From positions 29,027 through 92,656 of the forward strand of contig DF237320.1 in NCBI GenBank assembly GCA_000708835.1: a DNA stretch of 63,630 nucleotides. Direction: 5' to 3'. Below the pieces are notes generated by a model. It had not been told where the DNA came from. It saw only the letters and a list, made by a program, of their open reading frames with translations, and searched no databases. Both the position numbers and the translations under genes were made by a program. Shown here one piece after another: positions 36,127 through 49,128 of the stretch. This DNA is from Klebsormidium nitens (lineage: Eukaryota; Plantae; Klebsormidiophyceae). Positions within the stretch are counted from its first letter, which is position 1. Each line of letters starts with the position of its first letter.

Positions 36127-37487
36127 TTACGGCTTGCTTTTCTACTCATTCACCACTTACACGCGAACACCGGACGTTGATGCCCAGCAACTTCAAACCG
36201 GCCGCTTCTGCTGCTTGACCAAGGGTGAAATACGGCCGCCAAATCCATTGAAGCCTCAGTGGATCCAAATGTTCACATGGATGCTGCATGGCAGAAAGCG
36301 CTACACGAGCGCCTTCGAGCTTCGAGCTTCTAGTGATGGACAACGAGAATCTGATCCCGCTTCGAAGGATATCTAGTGAATTGACTTCAACTAGCTAGGT
36401 GCTTGATTCGCGATTACCGGCGTCATATGCAAGTCCCAATGGAAGAATTTGCTCTAGGTTAATCTCACGAGCTGAATCGACTAGCTAGTCTGTACCTTGC
36501 GAAGTAAAGGGCATGCTAGATTGCAGCATGTGTTGCCGCTCCATTTGATTGAAAAGTGAGCATGATGTAAGCAGAAGATCCAGCGTACATGAACACGATG
36601 CAGATTGTATGCGATGCCCAAGTTTCTGAGGGGTTATTTTCGAACTGTGCAGAAGTTACGATGTTTATGTGAGGTGATATTCTCCTACACGCCGTACTAG
36701 GCATATAGTCGTAGGCTTCTCATGGCATATATGATACAAACCGCCGCCGGAATGTCAGTAAATTGCAAAGAGTACAATCAGTCATATGCATTTAGCTTAA
36801 AAGAGTGAGGACATTTATTTACTTTGTCATTCGGAACCTCCTTCAGGACGAATGCTGGCAATTGTGCAATTCTGCATGAAACTGCACAGCTCGAAGTCAT
36901 CACGGTTTGACGGCACACCTTGGCTAAAAAACACTGGCAAGCGGAATCAACTGCAACCCGGTTCACTGAGCGATCAGTGACTGATCGCTCTTGCAGTTGG
37001 AAACAGCAAAAGTTTGATGATCGAGAAACAGATGATCCCCCTATTGTGACAAACAACTGTCGAATATGCAGTTAAGGACTTTCTTGACTAATATAGAAAT
37101 TCACGTGTTCTTGCGTCCATTTCTATATGGGTCCATTTGATGCCCCAAACCTCTGAAATACGTTGGGATCAGAATGAAGGCTTATAGACGTCTAAACTAG
37201 ATAAACCGCCCTATAGGTGAAGATCAGTGAGCTAGCTTACAGGCGTTATACATGCGCGATATCGATCGAAATGTGAAAATTCTATTCAGAAACTTCTGGA
37301 CCGATGCAAACGTTACTTCTTCAAGCAGCGGGTCTTTTGGTGTGGATACGCAGACCTTAATGGCTTCAATAGAGTCAGATCACATTCGTATCCAATTCAC
37401 CGACACAACCTATACTTCCACTTTACTGTCCGGGCCCTTCAAGCTATATCGTCTCAAACGGCAGCAAGACTCCTCCGTGTAGCCAGA

Positions 37488-39725
37488 TCATTCTGCATAA
37501 TCCTCTGAGTCGTTCCTTCCACAAGAACAGTCATCCTGGGAGTCTTGAGGCACCTCCCTCATACCTTCTCTTATCTTGGCTTGGAAACCAAGGGAAACGT
37601 GTAGATTCTCGAGGTGGAATGCCATTGAGCAGTAGATATCTTCCGTCCTCAGCCCTTCTAGTGCCAGCTTAAAACCAGCTTCCGCAATCTTCTGTGCTTC
37701 CTCGTCATGTTGTTTGATCCAATCGAGCTTCCTTACTAGATCAGCAAGGTTCGGTTCGACCTCTATTGAATTCACACCGTCCAGTAGGAGCGGGTAAAAG
37801 TCGCGAACCCAAGGGGACCGCTGCTTTACAAGCAAAGACCCGGAAAGGAGAACTTTCTCAATGCGGAAGAAGGAAGCACTGTTCCCATCAAGATCGAGTA
37901 GATACTTATGGTGCCCGATTGGAGGTTTCCGTACAAATGAAGCATTCAGACCTTTTTCGACGGCCTCGTCGAAAGCCTTGTCCAGGGTGTTCTTGTGACC
38001 CAGCACAATACGCGCATCGATCAGGTCGGGCCTTTTGACGCTGGTACTGGCGGCCAAGAATCGTGGCACTTGATACAGGTTCTCCTCGGTTGTGGTTGTC
38101 ATGCCGGTATTAGCGCCCCAAAAGAAAGCCTTGGGGATCCTGTCTTGCCACGGAGGCACTGAGCACGCCTCCCTGAACAGGTCGCCAGAGAAATACTCCT
38201 TGACCAGTGGTGATATGGGCGCCGGAATATCGATGAAAGAAGGGTGCGCGGCAATCGTAAGCCCAGGGATGGCGTCTTTTGCGGTTATAGACGCCCCATC
38301 GCCCAACGTAAGCACCAGTTCCACGTCCGGAATCTGGACCTGAGATGAACGAGTACAAGTCCCATTTGAAAGGAAAGCTGGTGTAGGTACGAGACGTGTA
38401 CTTTCAAGCTTGTTCTGGAGGTTTCTGCCAAATCTGTTGTTTGCCTGTCAGCTTGACTACGCTGAGTTTAGTAAGACCAATAAACGAGTCTGGATTGCAA
38501 TCTGCAGACGTCTTGGTATCTGGTACTCTGAGGCAGTAGCCGGTAACCGCAACCCAATTGAATTGACGGTTCCTAAGCTTGCTGATTTCTAAGTAGCGGC
38601 CTGACCACACTGAACAGCATACCCTTGACTGTGTCGGTTCTCACCTTTCGAAGGGTTGATAGCAGGACGCTGATGTATATGTCAACAAAAGGCCTAGAGT
38701 GCCCATCTGCAGGATACGTCTCGGGGAAGGTGTATAGCTTGTTGTTAATTATAGACACGTGTACTATTCTTTCACCATGGATCTCCGTCCATGCTAAGAA
38801 GGACTTCTCACTGAGAGGGCGGTGAGTCCATGCCGCATAAGCATCGCGTACAGTCTGTCTGGACGTCGAAGAGCAGTTGTAGGTTGCATTGAAACTGCAA
38901 CAGCAGGGTGATGAATGTGAAACTGGAATACATGATCAAGCACAAGCCGGCGTTGGATCTGAGCTTTTGAGCGAGCTGTGAAAGGCGAACAAGCACACCT
39001 GGTTCAAAGCTGGGATGATTGAGAGTTCAACAAGCTGATATGCTCAACCGTTTGCTACTATAGCTGCCCTATCCTCATCGTCTTAAAAGCTACGAGTCAC
39101 ACTTGTCACACTGATTGAATCAACAATATGCGTCACAGCATGGCTTGAGCATGCTAATCCGTCCACAACCTGCGGTTCTAGTGTTCCAAATACAGCTCAC
39201 TGTCCGTAGAAATTCAGCTAGAGTAGCACTTGGCTCCGGAGCCTTAGCTTACTTTGGGAAGGTTTCCGGACAGGAACACCTGTCAGGATGCAGCTGCATC
39301 TGCGCCACAGTCCTTCCGAGGTGCTGAATGCTGTGTGCCCCGCTCTTTTCCACTTTGAATCCGTACACAGAATCGCCAACGCCCAAGAATTGCCCCAGCC
39401 GCTCAGGGACTCTGGTCTGGCCCGAAGGATCCAGAAGAGTAACATTGGCATCATCACAAAACTGGAACCAATGAAAGGGGACGGAGGCATTGCTGGTTCC
39501 AGGGCCGGACGCTCGTGCACCCCTGGGACAGTATTTTCCAACCTTCCTGGTTTGTAAACTTGCGCCAACCGCTCCAGGCGGGAGTGCGGTCTGTGCCAGT
39601 CGCCAACCAGAGTACGACCCCAACATGAGAAGGTAGACCACACAAGCAATGAGTAAGAGCCCGCAAACTATGGCAAAGCTCACTCGTGACTGCATGTTGC
39701 CTCCCAACTGGAATCTGGACGCCAT
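37488..39725 (-). CDS. GT90 / CAP10-like glycosyltransferase, type-II membrane, three exons (39725-39280, 38894-38645, 38339-37488), apparently intact
   Basis: TM VSFAIVCGLLLIACVVYLLML; splice phases match (2, 0); motifs PWQDRIPKAFFWGANTG, HKYLLDLDGNSAS, LLSGSLLVKQ, VEPNLADL, HDEEAQKIAEAG. Confidence 0.9.
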
Positions 39726-40560
39726 ATTGTTGCTGGGAGATGGACTGATACCAGCCTCCGGGAGTTTCAGAAGTCAGCGGCTACGGGGCGGCTACACTAG
39801 CTCCAAGTTTAACTCTGTTTGGCACTACTCTTTGGCACGCTCACACGATCGGCCGCGAAAGATATTGCTTGTAGACACAGCGCACGAATGTCTGGGATGT
39901 GCCGCGAAGGCGCTACGTACAGGGGGCCGCCCTCTGCATATTTGAATGTATTTCTGTGTATACTTGGTCCGATAAAGAGACCTGTTATCTTGTGCTGACA
40001 GCTGTCCTTCTGAGAGGCCCAGCTGCCAGCTCGCAGCTCGCTCGATAATGACAGCAAGAGCGCCTGTAAATCATGTGTAAGAAACTTCCACCTTCAGGAT
40101 AGCGGCAGCTCAGAATTGAAGCTCACGCGGCAGCTGAGCTTCATGCATGCATGACGGCGCAACTGCAACCCTGATCACATCATGTAAAGATGTAAAGGCA
40201 AGGACACTCCAAACCCATGAAGCCAGGTTCAAAGAGACACTGACAGTCGCCCGTCGCTTTGATTATCAGCATCTTGACCAGATCAGCTGTCTGTCAACGA
40301 ATAAATCAATCACATCGACCTGAGTCTGCTGGAGGGTACCGGCCGCACCGGTCAACATCGACTCGTCACGTACCGGCGGGCTTGCGAGGTCGACTGTGCA
40401 TGCGGTCTCGCGGCGGTCTAAGTGCGTGCCACTATAATACAGCTAGCTCAGTGGCTAGTACGCGCAGTAGTACCGGGGCCCCGGCCCGTTTCGAACAGCG
40501 TGAGTGACCCAGTGTCGGAACCGAGACCGATCAGATCGTATATATATTTAAGGGTACCAT

Positions 40561-40993
40561 CACTTTGAAGTGGCACCCGGCCCCTTAGAAATTGTGTGGG
40601 GGGGGGGGGGTTCAGTTGCTTCAGCCAATCGAAGGTGGGGAAGGGGGGGGGGGGTAAATGCCTTTAATTCACTTGGGGCGAAGCCCCAGCCGGATTTCAG
40701 CTGAAGAACATTCTTTTCAAGCTAATTTATCATCTTTTACCCCACGGGTCAGAGATTCTACACCATGAATGCAACAAAGAAGCTCTTTTCAACGTTAAAA
40801 AGGGGGCGAATTCATGCATACGACACTATTATTTTTGTCCAATTAAAGCAATTGCCCGGGTGGTGGCTGTTTGACCGGGGCCTTGACCTTTTTTCTGAAG
40901 ACAAGGCCAAGAGAGGGGGGGGGCTTGAGACCCTCCAGCCAAAGTGCCTCTACTAGCTAGCTAAAACAACTAACCGGGTGCCACTTCAAAGTG
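40561..40993. mobile_element. MITE, 433 bp, with perfect 20-bp CAC-initiated TIRs and internal poly-G tracts
   Basis: CACTTTGAAGTGGCACCCGG (40561-80) / CCGGGTGCCACTTCAAAGTG (40974-93); no matching TSD seen. Confidence 0.75.
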
Positions 40994-41174
40994 CTAAACA
41001 CCATTGATGTCGGCGCCGGCCGGGCCGGCCAGCCGTACGGGTCTTTGCCGGAGCCCGGGGGCTCAATTGGCAATAAAGTTGCGAAGCCGGATCCGAAGTT
41101 AGTAAGTGCTTCCGAGTACGTAAGAGCCGGTACCTACTTAGTACTTTACAAAAGCAAAAGCAACCGTGTACGTA

Positions 41175-41418
41175 ATGCCATTGTGAATTTGCAAAAAAAA
41201 AAACTATTTTTGCCCAGGTCGAAATTTCTCAGAAATTATTCCCTGCCTGGTCGAAAAGTTGGAAATGAAAAAACCAAGTTATTTGGACCTAAGAATGCTT
41301 GTTTAGCGGGAAAAATGGGCAAAAACGAAAACAAAAATAGATTATTCTAACCGATGCGAAACCAAAACAACTTTAAAAATAATTGTTCGCGGTGTTTGGG
41401 TGCGAATTCAAATGGCAG
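41175..41418. mobile_element. AT-rich MITE with imperfect ~18-bp TIRs flanked by TA (Tc1/mariner-like)
   Basis: TA|ATGCCATTGTGAATTTGCA ... TGCGAATTCAAATGGCAG|TA; A-run-rich interior. Confidence 0.5.
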
Positions 41419-42170
41419 TACGGGTACATCTCGTCGCGGCATGCAAAGAAAATCTGGTTTTGATCTTCATTCTGCCAGTACGTGAGAAGTAGGCACGCAA
41501 GTACATGAGCCCTAGCTGGCCGAAAGTCAGGAAAGTTTTAACGGTACTGGTCCAATTTGCAGCTCTGTCCAGAGTCGACCAGCTTGCCTTGTTTGGCTTT
41601 CAGGTATTCTGGATACAGTGAACCTGGACTCCGAGCGCTCTGCCGCGTACAGCCGTGACGGTGTAATACTTAATGACTGCGCTGAAGTCACCTTTAATCC
41701 TCTGCCGGCACACTTCCAAGCTGCGTCACCTAGGTACTTCGTACCTCGAACCTCTTTTGCCAGCTCGCGGACGTCGGCATTATGCGGATCTGACAGGAGT
41801 GCATGAGACGACTCCGACCACTGTACGGAGCTACATGCGTAGGGCAAACGCTTTTATTAGCATTCCGGGCTCCTGGTATGGTCAAGAACTCAACCCAAAC
41901 CTACATATTACCTGTCCTGCTCTTGCAGCGCACCACGGCTATGTAGTTGGCTGCTGGTCTTTTGGTAGCCATTGTCCCATCATGTCTCTCGTCTGAATAT
42001 GGCTTGGGTTTATGCTCACTTGCTTACAGGGCAGGGGCGCCACGGCCATGGTCTGCGAGTTGAATGTATGGTATACATGATCCTCCCGCCAGCTCAGGAA
42101 GCGACGCTCAGCCGCTTCAATGAAAGAGCAGCTCAAGGTTAGGCGGGGGCAATCAAAAGGTTGAAGAACA

Positions 42171-43382
42171 TTGGGATCGGGCATGCGACCCCGGCGCTAT
42201 ACGTGTGGACTGTTGGTCACAATGGGAGGGAACACAATGGCACCTGGTCCCGGGCAGGGAGACAGCGCACACTGGTACTTACTAGGGTTCTCTCTCAAGC
42301 CGCTGCAGAAGGTTAGCTGGAGGTATCTTGCCCTTGCTTTGGTGGTGCTTAACGCGGCAGCTTACTCCTGCCTCTGCACCTTTACCTCCCGCCCTTGCGA
42401 TGTTTGCTCGCACGAGATGTTCAGCAACTCGTCGCGCCAGCTTGCGGCCTGCGAAGCGCAGGTCCAGGCACTAGCGCTAGCTGAAAGAAAGAAACAAGAT
42501 GACGGTCCGCCAGCTAAAAGCGTGCCGACCAGCTGCCCTGATTATCCAGGACCTAGGACACCCCTCAAGGACTTTGCTTGTGAGATCTTCACGGAGACGG
42601 CCCAGCGGATGCAGGATACGGATTTCTGGAAAAATGATGCGGCGCCCGCGACTTTTTTGCTGCCCCCGGTGGATCCCCGCTCCCGGTTCCTGTACACGAG
42701 CCCGGTCAACGTGGACTCTGGCATGGTGCAGATGATGCGGGACATGAGCGCGCAGGTTCCAAGGATCATACACCAGGCGTTCTTCGCACCAAAAGTTCAC
42801 AACCTGCAGCAGCTGGAGCCGTGGCTGGAACGCGCCAACGCCATGCAAGAGTACGCAGCTCAGTGGGGCTATACTTACATCCGGTGGGACTTGTCCAGCT
42901 CAAACGAGCTTGAGAGGCTTCTGGGGTCTGAGGGATTTCAGCTGCTGCAGTTGGAGATCAGCAAAGAGCACCTTGCTTCTGCTGCCAATCTGGTTCGCTA
43001 CGTAGTTCTTGAGGAGCACGGAGGTTTCTGGATAGATCTGGACTATAGCCTGCCCAAGGATCATACAACGGGAGAACTGATTGACCTTCTGGACGTGTTT
43101 TCTCCTAGTGGGGCTACCTTCGTTCCGGAGGCTTCGTGCAGAAACATAGAGAAGAGTGCGATCTTCGTAGAGACGTCGCTCTTTTCGTGCCCTCCCCACC
43201 ACCCTATCATCAGAAGGATGATTGCGAGCCAGATCCAGAATTTCGAGGTGACAAACGGAGTCGACTTGGCGAAGAGGGGAGGCAGCTTTGTTCAGACGGG
43301 CACCATGCTGTTCAATAAGGTTCTGTTTGGAAAATACACTTTGATTGACAGGCAAACTCTGGACACCATAATGAGTCGCTAG
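42171..43382 (+). CDS. GT32-like (Gly_transf_sug, DxD) glycosyltransferase, type-II membrane, intronless
   Basis: TM YLALALVVLNAAAYSCLC; VPRIIHQ, AANLVRYVVLEEHGGFWIDLD, PPHHPII, QTG motifs. Confidence 0.85.
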   Translation: MGSGMRPRRYTCGLLVTMGGNTMAPGPGQGDSAHWYLLGFSLKPLQKVSWRYLALALVVLNAAAYSCLCTFTSRPCDVCSHEMFSNSSRQLAACEAQVQALALAERKKQDDGPPAKSVPTSCPDYPGPRTPLKDFACEIFTETAQRMQDTDFWKNDAAPATFLLPPVDPRSRFLYTSPVNVDSGMVQMMRDMSAQVPRIIHQAFFAPKVHNLQQLEPWLERANAMQEYAAQWGYTYIRWDLSSSNELERLLGSEGFQLLQLEISKEHLASAANLVRYVVLEEHGGFWIDLDYSLPKDHTTGELIDLLDVFSPSGATFVPEASCRNIEKSAIFVETSLFSCPPHHPIIRRMIASQIQNFEVTNGVDLAKRGGSFVQTGTMLFNKVLFGKYTLIDRQTLDTIMSR

Positions 43383-45073
43383 ACTACGTACGTACCTTTG
43401 CCTTGCCACAGTCTCTGAGATCTTTTGTAACTGATTGTACATTTGTTTGTCAATCTTAGAGGTAGAGAATGAATCTTTTTGTGCATACGGTACCGTATTC
43501 TAGGGAGAACTTTCACTGTCTCGTCCTTACGAGGTCAACAAACCAGACCACAGGACTCGATCATGCAATTGTTTGAATGGGTGTAGTAGCACTCATTCAA
43601 AAATCAAGGCCAGATTCTAGACGTCGAGCTCCTTGCATATCGACGCTGAGAATCAGCTGATGGTCGATAAAATCATGACGGATCGGAGGAGGCATATTGT
43701 GACATGCATGCGAGGCAGCTCACATCCGCCGAGCTTAATGATCTGGGTCGGTCAAGCACTCGGTACAATCATGCAAGTGCAATAGTCAGGTATCTTGTGC
43801 GTCCAGACGTGTAGGCTGACCGTACCGTATGAGACCGGGCCTTGCGTTATTGTCCGCTTAAGTGAGGCTTCCGAAGTTCACCGTTCTAGCTCTACCGATA
43901 TACTTTTCTGCTTTTTGTACGTTTCAAATGTTGCTCATATAGCTCACATTATTCAACACGCATGCTCTGACTGGTGCTACTATCATCAGCCACCGCGTCG
44001 AAGACTGCAGCAATTTCTAACGTACATCAAGCTAATTGGATGTAATCATTCCTAGGTTATTTGACACAAAAGGTCCTTCAATCCAGTTGTACAGACGTGG
44101 CAGTAATCGGATCAAAGCGACCATGCCCGCATTCAAGTCGAAGCCGGTCAGAGGGCCGGCCCGGGCCGGGCTTGATGGTCACTTCTTTCGATACACGCTC
44201 AAGTTAGGCACAAGCCACTGGGACCTTGACGCAGAGAGAAGCAATTTCCGAATCCGGGCATCATCAAAATATGCTTCTGTACTTACCAAAGCAATCATGG
44301 TCATCGTGATTACTGACAAGAAAGCAGCATGTCTAACAGAAGTGTTTAGCTAGCATTGATGTTTCGTCGATGAAAAACGCAAATATGAATATCTTCTCGT
44401 ACACCCAACAGAAGCTAGTGGCGACTGTCCTGGCTTACAGTTAGTAGAAGCTGGTAGGCGCAGTTGCACCGCACTGCTAAATGAAAGGTGAAGGCCCAAA
44501 GTCCAACACGGACACCAGAGAGAAGGAAGACTAGTGGACCAGACCGTCTCATTGGACGAGACCCCGTTGTTAGAGATTTCTACCAGCGAAGCTTACTGAT
44601 CCCATGTCCATGATTCTTGCCATGCACTTCGATTCGTCATCAATCACCTGTACTGGCAGCTACTATAAACTCCGTTCTATTGGGCCCTTCCAAGTTCCGT
44701 TCCGCATACTCCCGTAAAATGTACGACCTTTAACGGTGTCTGTGATAATTGCATTAGTACTGTCGGCTGTTACTTACCTAGTCCAGTAGTCACTTCTAGC
44801 CATGCTTTGTTGAAGAGGAGGCGATCCTGAAAGTACCACTCAACTAAGGCGTTGTAGTATACTGCCAGCAAGTTCCGCCCGTTTTCGGGAGCATTCTAGA
44901 AACGCATGCACAGTCAGCCTTTTCGAGTACGTATAGGCACTTCCACTGCATTACAGACCTGTTTGCTTTTGTCTGACAAGCAGTGGCTACTTTCGATTAT
45001 AATATACAAATACACGCTCCCCTCTTCTCAATATGACGGGCGCAAAATCTGCTGCATCTCCCAGGATTCCGCT

Positions 45074-48000
45074 TCAGGATACGAACCCCTTGGCAAACCT
45101 CATCACACACGCAGCGAAATCACCCCGCATTTCCTCCACCTGTGCTCCTCCTCCCAATTTAGGCACAGTTCCTCCCCAATCAATCCGTCTCCGTTTGGAA
45201 TTGGACGCTTCGCTAACTCTGGCTCCGAAGCCCCCCTCCCCTTCTCCGTCTACATATCCCTGCCCCTGCGAGGCGCGCCCACGTTGCCGTAATATTGCTT
45301 GTTGCTGCCCTTCACCGGAAACACTAAGTGGCGAATATGGTTCCTTTCGCAGTACTGGGGAGGTGCTCTGGTCTAGGAAGTCCATCAGCACCTGCTTGAT
45401 AGAGGACAAGGGAAAATGTGGATTGCATGGGTTCAGAATTAGCTGGATTTTCATCTTAGTCCTTTCAAGCCCCGGCAACTTGAATCGAGGCGCGCGTCAC
45501 TGTAACGAGATGTTTTCCCTTCTCTTGTGGATTTTTACGACGTACGTTTTGATCGAAAAACATTCTTTGAGACAATCACTGGGAGCTCAAAGTCCTAGGT
45601 CTTCTTAGCGCAAGCTTGAATATATTACTCGAAGGGAATGAAGACGAGGTACGAGCCACTTTACTTCTGTCAGGGGCTTAATTGCTCAGCTCTCGAGCTG
45701 AAATTTTGCAGTCGCCGCATGCGAACGGGATACAAGATCAAAACCTCTCAGGATTAAGGGCTGCGAACGAATCATCGGAGATATATAGTGGATGCGCACT
45801 CAGGACATCAGATTTTTCTAGGATTCTGAAACTGTGAAACTGCTTACGTTGAGAGGAAGCCAGACTGGGAGTGTGTTCGAGTTCATCAAATAAGAGCCCA
45901 TATCAGTGCTCAAGGAATGTGCTTTGATCAGAATCGCGAGGTGGCCAACTTCAGGTACTCAGAAGGGGATTGCTCTTTGAGTTACTGCTCAACTGTGAGC
46001 ACGGGTACACGTAAATACTCTCACAAAAGTATGCTTTTACACAAAAGGGCCGTGATCAAAGAAAAGACAGCTTCTTCAACAGTCTTTGATGGAGATCTTC
46101 AAACACCGTGACGTACCTCGCTGATTCCCGCACTGTAAAGCCCAATGTCGTCGAACGCCTTCCACGCTTCCACCCCCGTGTCACCTCCTGTCCGCCTTTC
46201 TAAATTCCTATCCGGCCAGTCCCGCAAAGCCCCTAACCCGTCGTCTCCCAGTCCCGGAAACTGCTGCCAGAACGATCCGCTGAATTTCTCCACTGCGTGA
46301 TTAGAACTTTGCACCGGGGCTAACGGGTGCGACTCTTCATGCTGACGCGCAGTGGACGTGCGGGCGTCGAGAGGGACTGACGGGCGCCCGGGCGTCAGTT
46401 GAATGCTCGGCGTCAGACATCCCCCTGCGGATGGCCAGGCGTGTAAGCCGTCCACCGGAAGGTGCTCGCTCAAACAATCTGGTGTCGGGAGAGGATCCAA
46501 CGAGTGCCACACTCCGGGGTTCCGCCTCCCAGGAGGCAGCTTCCGCGGCCGGAAAGCAGCACTCTCTGCTTGTTGAATCTGCTGCGATGACGGGGATTCG
46601 ACGTGCGGCGCTTCATCAGGCTGACCGTTTTCTCGCCGGGCTGAGGCCCCTGGTGTGACAGCGGCTGACGTATTTGGGGATACCTCCGGAAGCTCAAGGC
46701 TGGCGAGACCCACCGGCTCGTCAAAACGGGTTCCGTTTTCTTTCGCTTCTCCGATGGCGGCCCCGTCCGGCTCTAGTCTTGCCCCGGACTCCCACACTTC
46801 AGACGGCTGGTGAAGTTGACGTGGGCGACCTACAGCATACTCTGTTGGAAAGTCGTCGGCACGGCACGCTAGGGGTCTTTGACTTGTTGGAGCTGTTGCG
46901 CCTCCGTTTTTCGGGGACGGGTATTGCGCTCCCCAAATAGCGGCAGCCGGAACCGTTGTCCTGACAATAGGAGCTTCTTCCAAAGACGAGCCGGTTGGCG
47001 GTACAGCCACTGACAAGCTTCCACGTGGCCCTTTCACCGGCAACTGGTTCAGCGTAATTTCCGTGTAAGCTGCCAAAGCGATCACGGATTCTTTGTTTGC
47101 TTCTGGGGCTACAGAGTCTGCGGAGACAATCCACCGTGAAGCCCCTGTAGCGTGACAGCAGGACAGCATCAGAAGGAGTTGAACTTGAAACGCTTCATGA
47201 CCAAAACCGAAACAAACATAGAAGGCTCATCCGAGCCATAATGCTGTCTTCTCCATCTTTCCATTGGCCCTGATAGTTTCCAAAGATTACTCGCTCGTTC
47301 AACCGGCCGCTACGGATTGAAAGGTGTTTCCCTTCTTTAGCTACACGACCTTGAGAGTCAATCAACGCCAGGCGATGCGGCAAATGCTGCATGCATGCAG
47401 CAGGACCTGGTGCGAACATTGCAGCTAGACCTCGCTGAATGACGAAGAACCTAACTTGAAACAGTTGAACAATCATAAAAGCTGCTACGGACTCCAATTA
47501 TCAGCCATTGCGAAACACCTCAAACCTCCGAGTCCCCCCCGGCATGCTAGAAAAGACATTCTCAAAGAAAACACAGAGAGCACGCAGAATGTTGATCGAT
47601 CACTGGCAGTACTTAGAGAGTCACTCAGAGAGCAACTCTGTGCGTGTCTTGTTAAAACATCGGGCCGGCGTTAGATTTCCTGGATAAGTATGCTTCTTTT
47701 TTCAATTACCCCTGGTTGAGGTTGAAAGTAGGCATGGAACAACAAACTGCTTTCGAGCTTCTCACCATGAGCAACACTTGCTCTTCCAATCTCGTAGTCG
47801 TCATTCCGCGTGCCGAAATCCTTATCCCAGGTCTCCTTGAACGGGCCCGTCCGCCGTGAACACTTGCCCGTTAATTGAAGCTCCTCCAACAGCGCGCCAA
47901 AGCGCTCGAGAGTTTCCTCTCCCGATGCTACAAACTTGGCGCAGGGCAAAGGAGCAGGAGCGCTATTGGGCCAGATCAGACTCAACTCCTCTTTCCTTGA

Positions 48001-49128
48001 CAGCTTTTGGCTGCCCGCAAATCCATTTTTCAATTCCGCTCCCCCTTGCAAACCCGCCTCTTCCCAATTAGAAGGGAGCGAAACCCGCTGCACCTTTGCT
48101 TCGTCTTCTCCGAGTCTTCGCTTGAAGGCTGATCCAGCAGCCCGCCTCCCACCCAACGGATTTGAGCCAACGCTCCGATTTCGACCTTCTCCGGTCGGTA
48201 GCTTAGCCGCAGCCTGAATTCTCCCCGGCTGCCGTCCGCAACCGTCCGTCTCTGGTCTGCAGCGGTTTGCCTCTTCCCTGCAGGCGTCCGCTTGTTGTCC
48301 GCAGCCGTCCGCTTTTCGTTCCTGGCCGCCAGACTCCCGACTGCTGCCGACTGATTGCCGTCCGCAACCGTTTGCTTGCCGTCCGCAGGCATCCGCAGGC
48401 AACCGGCGGACCTCCGCTTCGGCAGCTGTTCCCGTTGCGTGACAACTAGCAACGTCCCCTCCGTTAGTCGCCCCAGCTTTCTTTAGGACTCGCCCATCCG
48501 AAGGACCACTAGCGCGCACTGCATTTTCTACATGCCGGGGGGCCACTGTCTCACCACTGCCTCCTCGACCGGTTTGCACACCACTGGTTGGCTCAACCCT
48601 GTGCTCTAAAGTGCTCCTTTGGCTCCACTGCAGCTGGTCTCCCCTTTCGAGTATCTCAGGGGAAGCGGTTGGCAGCAGAGCGCTACTCCGTCCCTTTGGA
48701 AGGGCTGTCTCCGCCGCGACGCGTCTCGTATGAGCCTCGAGGAGGGCTTTCCAAGCCCTGCTCTTCCCCACCCCCTTGCCTACGTTTCTCCAGACGATGG
48801 GCCGCAGCCTGGCTGGCAGATCCGCATGCTTGCCTAAAGCCGTGACCCTTTTCATCTCAAAGTTCACCTCTCCTTCTTCAGCAGCAGGAATTACCAGGTC
48901 CGCAAAGGCCCACTCCGTCAGTCTTGGAATGAGGACTTCGTTGTCTCCCGGAAGGTTAGACCGGGCTCCGCAGGCCCTCAACAAGAGTCCCGGACCACTG
49001 CTGCCACCCTCCATCTGTTTAAAATGCAGCTTTGGGGGAACTATTGGATCTTTGTTCAACAGGAGTCTTGAGGGACTCGGACATCATGGATGGTCTTCTG
49101 TAGTACGGCTCCCACTGGTAGCTCCTCC
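45074..49128 (-). CDS. Large multi-exon hypothetical, largely disordered protein; in-frame TGA at 49084-49086 in the 5'-most visible exon
   Basis: Long ORFs 47671..49059, 46099..47169 and 45074..45478 with donors G|GTAATT and GAG|GTACGT and acceptor GCTACAG; no family recognised. Confidence 0.55.
48225..48410 (-). repeat. Coding 21-bp minisatellite encoding (A)D(G/A)CGRQ-like heptads
   Basis: ADACGRQ ANGCGRQ ... ADGCGQQ ADACREE ANRCRPE TDGCGRQ; plus strand shows TGCCGTCCGCA repeats. Confidence 0.7.

Noticed and set aside
39493-39506. 13-bp match to the 23-kb MITE TIR inside GT90 exon 1
   Set aside because: Single short match in coding sequence with no partner end; likely chance.
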